Source of the DNA: a virus
Length of the DNA stretch: 64,000 nucleotides
IMG/VR virus record: IMGVR_UViG_3300028048_000003
Strand: one strand, 5' to 3'
Positions 30,190 to 38,413 of this stretch are shown one piece after another; the stretch's first letter is position 1; every line of letters begins with the position of its first letter. The notes below the pieces were generated by a model. That model was not told the origin of the DNA. It saw only the letters and a list, made by a program, of their open reading frames with translations, and made no database searches. The position numbers and the translations under genes were made by a program.

Positions 30190-30204
30190 ATTGTCTGACA
30201 ATTT
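30190..30204. promoter_or_regulatory. palindromic operator-like site ATTGTCTGACAATTT, copy 2
   Basis: Exact repeat of 29682-29696. Confidence 0.45.
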
Positions 30205-30439
30205 ATTTTTCTCAATGCCCGCCAGCCCTTGTATTTACTAGCCTCATCACTGTTTTCTATCTTTTTCTAATAAAATAAAATATCCATGCTCACATATCAA
30301 CGCCTCTCCAGCCCAATAACTACGCCGCCTGATAGCCTTTTCGATTAGCAAAAAATCAACTGTTTCTCTCATATAAAAAATATACGCGAGGAAATCCCTT
30401 ATTGATAATATTTCTCAAAAGAATTAAAAATAAAAATGC

Positions 30440-30467
30440 TTGCACGTTATTCGTCGTGGGGTATAAC
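30440..30467 (+). promoter_or_regulatory. sigma70-like promoter TTGCAC-16 nt-TATAAC
   Basis: Hexamers at 30440-30445 and 30462-30467, at the AT-rich/GC-rich junction, pointing into the non-coding GC-rich block. Confidence 0.4.
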
Positions 30468-31130
30468 AAGGTTGTCCTTGAGATACGGAAGAAACAAGGG
30501 AGGCAAGAAAGAGAACCGTATCAAGAGAGGAAGCGCGGTTTTCCATTAGGCCGTGACAAGTAAATAATGACGCGCGACGCTCGCGGAAAATGACGTATAG
30601 ACGTTGGAAACGTCGATAAACACAAAGCCCGACCGGAGACGAAAACCCCGCCGTAGTTCCTTCTAGTGATAGTTCTTTGACAATTTCATATTGTACGGAG
30701 GAAGTATCCTCTTTGAAGGGTTTGTATTGCCCGCGATGTTATTTCCGTCTGGCCAGCAGGCTGGATTGGATAGACGGAGCGCCCAGGCAATCGTGCAAAT
30801 CTGGAAAAGTGTAACGCGAGTATCCTATACAATATGATACCATATCGACGCATAAGTTTCGGGAACAGGGGAGACAGCCGCGGGCTGGAAAACCAGCTAT
30901 CAACGCCGCCTTGTCTCTCACACGAGAACCGGCCCGAAAAGACAGCACGGAGGGCGTTTACCGCGTCCGCTTGTTGGCAGCACGCTATTAATTTTAATAG
31001 TGCCGTAGGTCGAACACCAGGCTTTTAGCTGGGCAGTCACCGACCAAAAAACCCTATCAGCGGGGAGAAATCCCCGCTTTCATCGTGCCGAGCAGGTGAG
31101 AGTCTGCAAGGCGCGCCTAATTTTTGCCAA
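30468..31130 (+). ncRNA. candidate large structured non-coding RNA or long structured leader (~0.66 kb), class unknown
   Basis: No credible ORF or SD. GC-rich compared with its surroundings. Many local helices: GATACGG 30482-88 / CCGTATC 30516-22; CCGTCT 30745-50 / AGACGG 30772-77; GAGACA 30871-76 / TGTCTC 30912-17 enclosing GCTGG-AAAA-CCAGC 30884-97; and AGCGGGGA-GAAA-TCCCCGCT 31059-78 (GNRA loop). Confidence 0.35.
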
Positions 31131-31164
31131 GTCAACCTAGATAATGAATAAGGAGGGGCTATCT

Positions 31165-31593
31165 ATGAAAATCAAGTTCTACGAGCAGGCGGGGACGCTC
31201 CACATTATCCCAGAGCGCAAGCACGAGATTCTCCATGGAATATGGAACGCCGTCCGCGATTGCCGCGACGCGATGAAGTGGACGGACGTGCCGCGCCGCA
31301 ATCGCGGCAACGGCGTTCAAAAACCGCAGGTCAAGCGCCCGGCGCCGAAGTGCTTTATCCCGCCAGACAAGACGGTGGGTAGTCGCGAATACAAAATCGG
31401 CCGCAAGGGAAAAGTGATTTTCCGCTTTGATTGGCACATCATCACGTTTTCACGCGACCGGCGCCGTCACGAGTGGAAAGTCACGCCCGAACAGTTCGCC
31501 GCGGCAGAATACGGCCTAAAGATGGGAAAATTTGCCAATCTGGGAATTTTCTGCCAGCAGTTCATGCTCGCCGGTATGAAGGAGGTACACTAA
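31165..31593 (+). CDS. hypothetical basic protein (GC-rich island ORF 1)
   Basis: ATG 8 nt after AGGAGG. 142 aa, Arg-rich, GC3-rich. Confidence 0.6.
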   Translation: MKIKFYEQAGTLHIIPERKHEILHGIWNAVRDCRDAMKWTDVPRRNRGNGVQKPQVKRPAPKCFIPPDKTVGSREYKIGRKGKVIFRFDWHIITFSRDRRRHEWKVTPEQFAAAEYGLKMGKFANLGIFCQQFMLAGMKEVH

Positions 31594-31859
31594 TGATTGC
31601 ACTGAGAATCACCATTAACGGGCGCTACGTCCCATGGGAAATTGACTGGAACGGCGAGACGGCCGTCCTTGCGGAGACAGGCGAAATCATTTTCAGCCGT
31701 GAAGAAGGCCTCATGCCGTACTGGGAGGAGTTCTTTACGCGGCTTTGCGGCTGGGTATCAGAAATCGACGTGCGCGAAGTCGATATCGAGACGGCGGCGA
31801 TGATTCCGCGCCGTAGCCTCAGCCGAACCGCGCGTGAAATGAGAAAGGGGAAGTGCTAA
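31593..31859 (+). CDS. hypothetical protein (GC-rich island ORF 2)
   Basis: TAATG stop-start overlap with ORF 1. GGAGG SD. 88 aa (MIALRITINGRYVPWEIDW…). Confidence 0.6.
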   Translation: MIALRITINGRYVPWEIDWNGETAVLAETGEIIFSREEGLMPYWEEFFTRLCGWVSEIDVREVDIETAAMIPRRSLSRTAREMRKGKC

Positions 31860-31994
31860 ACCGACCATTTTTGCGCCCGCCGGCGCCGCTTTTCCAGCTT
31901 GAACGTTTTACGAGCCTACGCGGATTTTCCCGATTCGCATAGGTTTGCTAATGCTGTCAAGCAGATGTTTTCTCTATCAAGGGAGGTAACAATT

Positions 31995-32243
31995 ATGGAA
32001 TTTGTACTGTATCAGTCCGCTAATAGCACTGGAGTTGTGTTCCTTATGGACGAGGGCTCCGCGCGTGACCTTTTGGCGGTTCATGCCGAACAGGATGAGC
32101 GGGCCGCGGCTGGTAACTTTTTCGGCGCGGAGTGCCTCGATGAGGCGCTGGATTCAATCTGGGATAACGCAACCGTCCTAGAGAAGACGCGCGACAAGCG
32201 AGCTATTGCGGCGCTCAAGCAGCAGTATAAGGAGGTGTGCTGA
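31995..32243 (+). CDS. hypothetical protein (GC-rich island ORF 3)
   Basis: ATG after GGGAGG (MEFVLYQSANSTG…). 82 aa. Confidence 0.55.
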   Translation: MEFVLYQSANSTGVVFLMDEGSARDLLAVHAEQDERAAAGNFFGAECLDEALDSIWDNATVLEKTRDKRAIAALKQQYKEVC

Positions 32244-32450
32244 TAAAGATGAGCTGGCAACAGAGAGAAGCACGAACGGCGCACAAGGTGTATCAGCGTC
32301 AGTTATTGATGAGGCGCTACATTTCCCGTCGTGTCGCTTTTATGCGTGCTTGGTACATCATGGGATATAAAGTAGCTATGCCGATTCGGAAATGAAGAAA
32401 GGAGGCGTTGTTGAATAAGTGCAAGTTCTGAAATGAAACAAGGCAGAAAG

Positions 32451-32494
32451 AAAACCGCCTATCTGTAAAGGGTAGGCGGTTTTATTGTGCCGTG
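32451..32494 (+). repeat. cassette-boundary element copy 1: terminator-like hairpin + TTTATTGTGCCGTG box
   Basis: ACCGCCTA…TAGGCGGT stem (32454-32480), then TTTATTGTGCCGTG (32481-32494). Confidence 0.55.
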
Positions 32495-32524
32495 TTTCAA
32501 CTATCAAAAAAGGAGTGTTTAACT

Positions 32525-32920
32525 ATGGCAACAGTAGCAGAAATTCGCGAGGCAATCAAGGAGAGAAAAGCCCGCTCGGCGTGGAACAGAGGAGTAAAAG
32601 AGTATATGCAGGAGTTCCTCGACGACGTGAAGTTCCACCGCAAACTCGACGAGAATGACGAGGTAGCTCCCGTGAGTAAGAAGGAACTTCTCAACGGTGC
32701 AAAGAGCTGGCAACAGTATAGCGAGGGAGGCTCTTCCCTCGTCTATGCTGAAGATATTTGCGAACGTCTCTGCACACCGTCGTTTCAGAAAAAGAAGAAG
32801 GATGGCGAACTTCCTCCGAATAGCATGGAGACGTGGCTCGACGTACAGGCGCACGCACTCTTCGTCGCCGCTTTCCGTTTCATTCTCCTTGTAAAGAGGA
32901 TGAGTAAGAGGGAGGAGTGA
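32525..32920 (+). CDS. hypothetical protein
   Basis: ATG 9 nt after AAGGAG (MATVAEIREAIKERKARSAWNRGV…). 131 aa. Confidence 0.6.
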   Translation: MATVAEIREAIKERKARSAWNRGVKEYMQEFLDDVKFHRKLDENDEVAPVSKKELLNGAKSWQQYSEGGSSLVYAEDICERLCTPSFQKKKKDGELPPNSMETWLDVQAHALFVAAFRFILLVKRMSKREE

Positions 32921-33024
32921 CCGAACCGACCATTTTCCGCGCGTCCGTAAAGAAAGCCTAGCAGCATTTAGGCGTTGCTGGGCTTTTTCAATATCAAAAT
33001 CTGAATAGGTCTGGAGGAAACAGC

Positions 33025-33381
33025 ATGGAAGAGATTTTAAAAAAAAGCTATAAGGGTGAGAACCTCTATGCAAGGCTATGCAACGAGGAAGCTCAATCCT
33101 TTATGAAATGTTATTGGTCGGACTGTGTTCTCTCTATGGAGGAGATTATGGAGGCGCAGAAGGAGGGCGAGACGGCGTTCATCGTTGTTTTTCGCAAGCT
33201 GGGAGCGGAGCTTTTCCCTGTAAAGAAGGGAGTGAGTAAAAGATTCTCATTCTACAAGAAAAACGAACCAGAGGCGAAAGTGTTCTTGCTAGACTATGAT
33301 TCCGAATGTGTATATTCCCTCTCGTGGGATGAAGCGGAGGCAATTCTAGGGAACAAAGTTTTGAGGAGGTTCTATCTGTAA
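33025..33381 (+). CDS. hypothetical protein
   Basis: GGAGG SD. 118 aa. Confidence 0.6.
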   Translation: MEEILKKSYKGENLYARLCNEEAQSFMKCYWSDCVLSMEEIMEAQKEGETAFIVVFRKLGAELFPVKKGVSKRFSFYKKNEPEAKVFLLDYDSECVYSLSWDEAEAILGNKVLRRFYL

Positions 33382-33394
33382 AAATCAAGACAAA

Positions 33395-33450
33395 ACCATA
33401 GCCAGTTACATTGTGGTGTAACTGGTTTTATTTTGCCGTGATTTTATGTA
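33395..33450 (+). repeat. cassette-boundary element copy 2
   Basis: CCAGTTACA…TGTAACTGG stem (33402-33425), then TTTTATTTTGCCGTGATTTTATGTA. Confidence 0.55.
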
Positions 33451-33470
33451 TAGGTTAGGAGGAATTTATT

Positions 33471-33848
33471 ATGACGTATGAAGAACTTGCCGTGATTCTT
33501 GGTGTGAAGAAAAAATGGTATCGCGAAAAACGCGACAGAGAGGAATGGTTTCTCGGCTACCGTGACCTCGTTGTGAGTGGCACAAATGGATGGAGCGACC
33601 GCGAGTGTGTATGGTTCCATGAGGGAAAAGAACTGCACTTTCTCGAACCGTTCCTGATTGATGATTTGTATGTAATCTGGAATGAAATACACCGCGAGGA
33701 ATCCGACGATGAAGATGCCTTCGACGTGTGGCTGAAAACTATGGAAGGTCATGCGGAGATAGAAGAGGGATTGTATATTTTGCTTGACGCAGCAGAGCAG
33801 AACGCCCGCGATGGTGTTGCAGATAGACAGCTTTATGTAGAGGAATAA
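33471..33848 (+). CDS. hypothetical acidic protein
   Basis: AGGAGG SD. 125 aa. Confidence 0.6.
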   Translation: MTYEELAVILGVKKKWYREKRDREEWFLGYRDLVVSGTNGWSDRECVWFHEGKELHFLEPFLIDDLYVIWNEIHREESDDEDAFDVWLKTMEGHAEIEEGLYILLDAAEQNARDGVADRQLYVEE

Positions 33849-33863
33849 GGAGGTATGGCTAAA

Positions 33864-34115
33864 ATGATTGAAATGATGGCAAGTGCAAGGTGCAAGAAGT
33901 ACCTGAGCCAATCGGAGGAGGAACTGGAGAAGGTGAAATATGCGGTGCGCCGTGCCAAACTGAGCATTGTGGCCGTCGAGCGCCAGTTAGAGATGGGAGT
34001 GAATCCCAAATCAAATATTTCCGAATTGTTAAAACTCGTCAGGTCTATGGAGACAAGTTCCACTATGGCAAGCGTGGCCGAAAAGGCCGCGCGGTTCTAT
34101 GGTGACGCTGTGTAA
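33864..34115 (+). CDS. hypothetical coiled-coil protein
   Basis: The second ATG is chosen because the first is only 1 nt from the GGAGGT SD. Confidence 0.55.
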   Translation: MIEMMASARCKKYLSQSEEELEKVKYAVRRAKLSIVAVERQLEMGVNPKSNISELLKLVRSMETSSTMASVAEKAARFYGDAV

Positions 34116-34128
34116 AGGAGGAATAAAA

Positions 34129-34725
34129 ATGCGTACTATTACCACGACAACTACCACTACGGTCTATAAATTCGATGAGTTATCAGAGGAGGCAAAGGAA
34201 AAAGTCATCGAGGACGCTAGAGATTTTGAAGCGGAATATACCTTAGAGGAAATTGTCGCTTGTATGGCATCTGCTATGGACAAGATGGGAATTACCATCA
34301 AAGATTATTCCATTAACATTGACGGCAGTGGATATATTAACTTGTCCGTAGTGGACGATGACCTTGAAGGTGTCAGGGCATATCGGTATATCGTAAACAA
34401 CTTCTTTAGCGAGGTGAATAAGAAGAAACTCTACTATAAGGAATGGAAAAAACGCAGAAAGTCTGACCTTGATAGGAAAGACTGGATGGATAACTGCCCG
34501 TTCTCTGGATTGTGCTATGACTTCGCAATTCAGTCGGCATGGGAAGATTTCTGTGCAGAGTTAAAACAGGGAGAACGCCCAACTGTTCGTGACTTTCTTG
34601 ACAAGTTGGAATGGGCTTATCTAAAGGAACAGTCCGATGAGTATTACGGCTTCGATGAAGATGCCGCAAGAGAGTTTTCCGAGGCGAACGAATATGAATA
34701 CCTTGAGGACGGAACTATTTACTAA
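34129..34725 (+). CDS. hypothetical acidic protein with N-terminal poly-Thr run
   Basis: AGGAGG SD. MRTITTTTTTTVYKFDELSEEAKEKVIED…ANEYEYLEDGTIY. 198 aa. Confidence 0.6.
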   Translation: MRTITTTTTTTVYKFDELSEEAKEKVIEDARDFEAEYTLEEIVACMASAMDKMGITIKDYSINIDGSGYINLSVVDDDLEGVRAYRYIVNNFFSEVNKKKLYYKEWKKRRKSDLDRKDWMDNCPFSGLCYDFAIQSAWEDFCAELKQGERPTVRDFLDKLEWAYLKEQSDEYYGFDEDAAREFSEANEYEYLEDGTIY

Positions 34726-34752
34726 TTAAGCAATCATAGGGAGGAATAAAAA

Positions 34753-35115
34753 ATGTTGAATCACAACAAGAAAGAGTTTAAGAAAAAAGTACAGGCGTAT
34801 TTCCTTGAGCACGTCCGCGATGAGTTTGATGGTGATATTCTTGAGGACTACGCCGCGTACGCAAGCGGATGGAAGGGAGAGGAAAATTGGTACTACCGTT
34901 CCCAGATGAAATGGGTAGGCTTTCTGAAAGCTACCTGTTTCGGTACTCCCTCCACTGATGAGCAGGAGGAACTGATTAAGGAATGGGAGGAATCGAGCCA
35001 GACGAAAAAGGTCAAGGATATGGCAGAGTATTTCTATTCTACAATCTTCATTTGTGCCGTTAAACCGTACCTCGAAAAACGCGGTGTTTATTACGTAGAA
35101 GTGAAGAACAAGTAA
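34753..35115 (+). CDS. hypothetical protein
   Basis: GGGAGG SD. 120 aa. Confidence 0.6.
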   Translation: MLNHNKKEFKKKVQAYFLEHVRDEFDGDILEDYAAYASGWKGEENWYYRSQMKWVGFLKATCFGTPSTDEQEELIKEWEESSQTKKVKDMAEYFYSTIFICAVKPYLEKRGVYYVEVKNK

Positions 35116-35128
35116 GGGAGGAAAAACA

Positions 35129-35332
35129 ATGGAAAGTGTGACAGTTCACATTAGCGGACGAGCGGCTGCGGTAGTTCGCGCATATATGGAAGAATACAAG
35201 GAAGCCAACCTCACATTTATGGAAGCGCTCGACAACTTGTTAAAGGCAACTTATTTCTTTCGTGTGAGGATGGGAATTAAGTGGGAAGAAGTTGTGCCTT
35301 ATGTTGATGAGGAGGAGAAGGAAGTCTTGTAA
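35129..35332 (+). CDS. hypothetical protein
   Basis: GGGAGG SD. 67 aa. Confidence 0.55.
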   Translation: MESVTVHISGRAAAVVRAYMEEYKEANLTFMEALDNLLKATYFFRVRMGIKWEEVVPYVDEEEKEVL

Positions 35333-35363
35333 AGTAATTTAAGGCAACTAATCAAGGTACACG

Positions 35364-35415
35364 AAGCCGCTTATCATAATTGGTAGGCGGCTTTATTGTG
35401 CCGTGATTCTATGTA
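35364..35415 (+). repeat. cassette-boundary element copy 3
   Basis: AGCCGC…GCGGCT stem (35364-35392), then CTTTATTGTGCCGTGATTCTATGTA. Confidence 0.55.
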
Positions 35416-35435
35416 AATGTAAGGAGGAATAAACC

Positions 35436-35720
35436 ATGAAGGAATGTAAAAACATCTACGAGTTGAAGGATATTCTCTATGAAAAGTTTGACTACTGGGA
35501 CGTAGAGGATTTGACGAAGAGTATCAAGAGGATTGTCAACAATATGGTAGAGGAACAAATCGAGGACGCAGTAGAGGAAGAGCGCAGCGAGAGTGCTTAC
35601 TGGCAGGATGTTGCCGAGGATGCGGAGACAGAGCACGATGAATTGCAGGATGAGGTCATCGAGCTGAAAGAAAAGTTGAAGGAATACGAGCAGGACGATG
35701 GGAAAGTCATTCCGTTCTAA
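35436..35720 (+). CDS. hypothetical very acidic protein
   Basis: AGGAGG SD. 94 aa, E/D-rich. Confidence 0.6.
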   Translation: MKECKNIYELKDILYEKFDYWDVEDLTKSIKRIVNNMVEEQIEDAVEEERSESAYWQDVAEDAETEHDELQDEVIELKEKLKEYEQDDGKVIPF

Positions 35721-35733
35721 GGAGGTATCAGTT

Positions 35734-35907
35734 ATGGATGTAAGAGAGTTGAACAGCGAGCAGTTGGAGAAATTGAAAGTCAACTACTACGCCGAAAGAC
35801 ACGAAGATATGTCGTATGGCGATATTGTGGACATCAACAACCTTGTTTCAGATAAGGAAGTTTTCGAGGAGTACGCAGGGACGATGTTCACCGAAGAGGA
35901 TTTCTAA
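35734..35907 (+). CDS. hypothetical acidic protein
   Basis: ATG after AAGGAGG (MDVRELNSEQ…). 57 aa. Confidence 0.5.
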   Translation: MDVRELNSEQLEKLKVNYYAERHEDMSYGDIVDINNLVSDKEVFEEYAGTMFTEEDF

Positions 35908-35925
35908 GGAGGAAGGAGAAGAAGA

Positions 35926-36075
35926 ATGGCACAAAAACTGATTCTGATTGCGCTTGAATTGGCAGGAATGGTCATTCATCCCTTTCAACGAGAGCGCATT
36001 TGCGTGTATAATGAGGACAACAAGCTAGTGTCGTTCGCATACGGTGAGCGTCCGATTAGCAAGATATGGAGGTAA
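35926..36075 (+). CDS. small hypothetical protein (49 aa, not in ORF track)
   Basis: Own translation: MAQKLILIALELAGMVIHPFQRERICVYNEDNKLVSFAYGERPISKIWR. AGGAGGAAGGAG lies upstream. Confidence 0.45.
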   Translation: MAQKLILIALELAGMVIHPFQRERICVYNEDNKLVSFAYGERPISKIWR

Positions 36076-36080
36076 CAGAG

Positions 36081-36278
36081 ATGAAACTAAGAGGAAAGGT
36101 AACCATCTATGCAGAGCAGGAAATTCCTGATGATGTGTGGAATAGCATGACGAGTGAAGAACAGGAGGAAGCAGCTAGTAACCTTCATTTATTCCTGCGC
36201 CTCGGGGCAGATAACTTCAACTACGGTGGCAACCCTGATGATGATGAACGCTATTATGTATGGTATGATGAGGATTAA
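36081..36278 (+). CDS. hypothetical acidic protein
   Basis: GGAGG SD. 65 aa. Confidence 0.5.
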   Translation: MKLRGKVTIYAEQEIPDDVWNSMTSEEQEEAASNLHLFLRLGADNFNYGGNPDDDERYYVWYDED

Positions 36279-36290
36279 GGGGGATTAATC

Positions 36291-36593
36291 ATGGAAAACG
36301 TAATGGGGAAAATGGAGAAAAAATTCGGTGCCGTTGGTTTCAATTTTAATAAATATGTTCTCATCCAGGATGCCTACCTCGATGGGACTGGTGACGACGC
36401 TGCGTACTTCGCTGATGCTATCAGGGAGGGTGATGAACCTGATGAAGATGGGTATGTTCAAATCTATGAGGTAGAGTGGAAAATCATCTATCCTGACGCT
36501 GAGGATGAGGGAGACAGATGCGATTGGGAAAAACCAGTGGATGTCGATGCGACTGGGGCAAGGTTCAATCTAATGGATGGCTCGGTGTTCTAA
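36291..36593 (+). CDS. hypothetical very acidic protein
   Basis: 100 aa, D/E-rich (…GDEPDEDGYVQIYEVEWKIIYPDAEDEGDRCDWEKPVDVD…). Confidence 0.55.
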   Translation: MENVMGKMEKKFGAVGFNFNKYVLIQDAYLDGTGDDAAYFADAIREGDEPDEDGYVQIYEVEWKIIYPDAEDEGDRCDWEKPVDVDATGARFNLMDGSVF

Positions 36594-36648
36594 TCACCTA
36601 CTGAGTGTGGTTATGAAGGGTAAGGATGTAAATTAAGGAGGAATTGAT

Positions 36649-36891
36649 ATGTATTTCAAAACAGAATTAGATTGGGAGTATCTGGAGAAAAACGTTACTT
36701 ATGACAAGGCAAGAGAGCTTATGGATAGGATTGAGGAGCAGGAGAAAGAGTACGAGTTCATCGTATACATCAAAGAGCACATTTGTCTCGACCCATACGA
36801 AGATGATGTGCTAGACTTAGTGGACGAGCTTGCAGAGAATCCTGACAAACTTGATTTCCTTGAAGACGAAGAAGAAAGGGAGGATGATTGA
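36649..36891 (+). CDS. hypothetical very acidic protein
   Basis: AGGAGG SD. 80 aa, ends …LEDEEEREDD. Confidence 0.55.
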   Translation: MYFKTELDWEYLEKNVTYDKARELMDRIEEQEKEYEFIVYIKEHICLDPYEDDVLDLVDELAENPDKLDFLEDEEEREDD

Positions 36892-36892
36892 C

Positions 36893-37546
36893 ATGAAGGT
36901 TCAGATTGTAGGCTTTGAAGGGTACGACGATGACTGGGGCGGGGTTACTGCGACAGTCCTCGTGAATGGTAAGAAACATACGATTGCAATCCAATGCTGC
37001 GTAACAAAGAGTGGGGAATATGCAGAAAATGACTACAACAATCCAGAGGACAACGGGTGGTTCATCGATGGTTTAGATGTGGAAGAGTTAAGCAACTGCG
37101 TCGTGTGTTCTACTTTCCCATGCGACAAAACGTGTAAAAAGCTCTTTGAAGAGTTCGGAAATTGGGAAAACATCAGGAATCTGATTCGCGCTGTCAATGA
37201 CGAGATTATTCACTGGGACTACGCGCCAGACATCGCCACAGAAATTATCGATGTGTACTCTAACAACCATCGTGGTTATATGAATCCTTTTGACATGGTT
37301 TATACATATAACATCGAGAAAGTTTCCGATGAGGTCGATAGTTTCAAAATCAACAAAGAGAAGGAGGCATGTGAAGACTATATCTATGACTCAGATGATG
37401 AAAGTGAATACCGTGTTCCCATGAAAGAAATCATTGAAGAATATCATGATGAAATCATGGGAGTGTTCTACGAGAGAGAAACAGAGAAATCCTACAAGCA
37501 GACAGCAGCTATCGGTTGGTTTGTTGACGTGGAGAAGGAGGACTAA
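36893..37546 (+). CDS. hypothetical acidic protein
   Basis: ATG after GGGAGG (MKVQIVGFEGYDDDWGG…). 217 aa. Confidence 0.6.
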   Translation: MKVQIVGFEGYDDDWGGVTATVLVNGKKHTIAIQCCVTKSGEYAENDYNNPEDNGWFIDGLDVEELSNCVVCSTFPCDKTCKKLFEEFGNWENIRNLIRAVNDEIIHWDYAPDIATEIIDVYSNNHRGYMNPFDMVYTYNIEKVSDEVDSFKINKEKEACEDYIYDSDDESEYRVPMKEIIEEYHDEIMGVFYERETEKSYKQTAAIGWFVDVEKED

Positions 37547-37548
37547 TT

Positions 37549-37833
37549 ATGGAGAAGATGGATTTTGCAAAGTTCACGGAAAAGATGACTGAGTTCCAGA
37601 AACAGAAGAAAGAAGTGATGGGAGTGATTGTATTCACAGAGAACAGTTTCCCCGCTCCGTATGATGTCACAGGGAGGAGCTACGAGGTGAGCAGTATGGC
37701 AAAATACTTCAATCCATTCGCAGGAGGTAGCGGCCTTGCAGGGAATTGTCTTGACGGTACGGATGATGGCGTTCGGCTGGACTATTACATGAGCGTGTAT
37801 GGATGGGAACCTGAGTATTGCTATATCGCCTAA
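37549..37833 (+). CDS. hypothetical protein
   Basis: AAGGAGG SD. 94 aa. Confidence 0.55.
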   Translation: MEKMDFAKFTEKMTEFQKQKKEVMGVIVFTENSFPAPYDVTGRSYEVSSMAKYFNPFAGGSGLAGNCLDGTDDGVRLDYYMSVYGWEPEYCYIA

Positions 37834-37861
37834 TTTAATTTGACATAGGAGGAAAACTAAA

Positions 37862-38167
37862 ATGGATAAGAAGAAAATGTTTTATGTTCAGGTGTGGCCG
37901 TATGGCATTGGTTATGGCGGTGAAGGTGAGCCGCGTTCATACGCTTTTGAGACACAGGAGGAGCGTGATAAATGGATGAGACAGGACTGGATTGTACGTG
38001 CAGAAGAAGATGGAAACCCTGTTGTCTCGTTCGCTGATTATGCGGATATGCAGAGGGCATATGGGAACAACTTCCGCGTTTTCAAGGATGATGATGGTAA
38101 TCTCTCCGTGTGCAGTTATCTTGAATCAATGAAGATTGCAGAGATTGCCGACGTAGATTTCTTCTAA
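37862..38167 (+). CDS. hypothetical acidic protein
   Basis: AGGAGG SD. 101 aa. Confidence 0.55.
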   Translation: MDKKKMFYVQVWPYGIGYGGEGEPRSYAFETQEERDKWMRQDWIVRAEEDGNPVVSFADYADMQRAYGNNFRVFKDDDGNLSVCSYLESMKIAEIADVDFF

Positions 38168-38221
38168 ATACAAAAAGTCAAGAGAAGTAGATGAGTATTT
38201 TATTGTAATGAGGTGAGCAGT

Positions 38222-38398
38222 ATGAATGTATGGAAGAAGCATAAAGGAAAATTTGAGAAAGTGAACGGCCCGTTTCTCGACAGACTGTTCGATTGGTGGG
38301 AAGGCCGCACGCAGGGCGAGTTCACCGCAGACCGTCTGCGTATGATTGCAAGAGCGCGGAAGATTATGCTGGGAAACCATTTAAGTAAGCATGGATGA
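38222..38398 (+). CDS. small basic hypothetical protein
   Basis: ATG after GAGGTGAG. 58 aa. Confidence 0.45.
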   Translation: MNVWKKHKGKFEKVNGPFLDRLFDWWEGRTQGEFTADRLRMIARARKIMLGNHLSKHG

Positions 38399-38413
38399 AG
38401 GAGGAAAATTAAT

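Noticed and set aside
30677-30682. Perfect -35 hexamer TTGACA inside the GC-rich block
   Set aside because: No acceptable -10 at 16-18 bp. The site (TTGACAATTT) more likely relates to the TCTGACAATTT operator-like half-site.
30739-31028. ORFs 30739..30948 (-) and 30834..31028 (+) inside the candidate RNA
   Set aside because: No SD, mutually overlapping on opposite strands, with Arg/Ser/Pro/Cys-rich low-plausibility sequences.
32519-35783. Minus-strand ORFs 32519..33073, 33444..33911 and 35409..35783
   Set aside because: Antisense to well-supported, SD-preceded plus-strand genes. Hydrophobic or low-complexity shadow frames.
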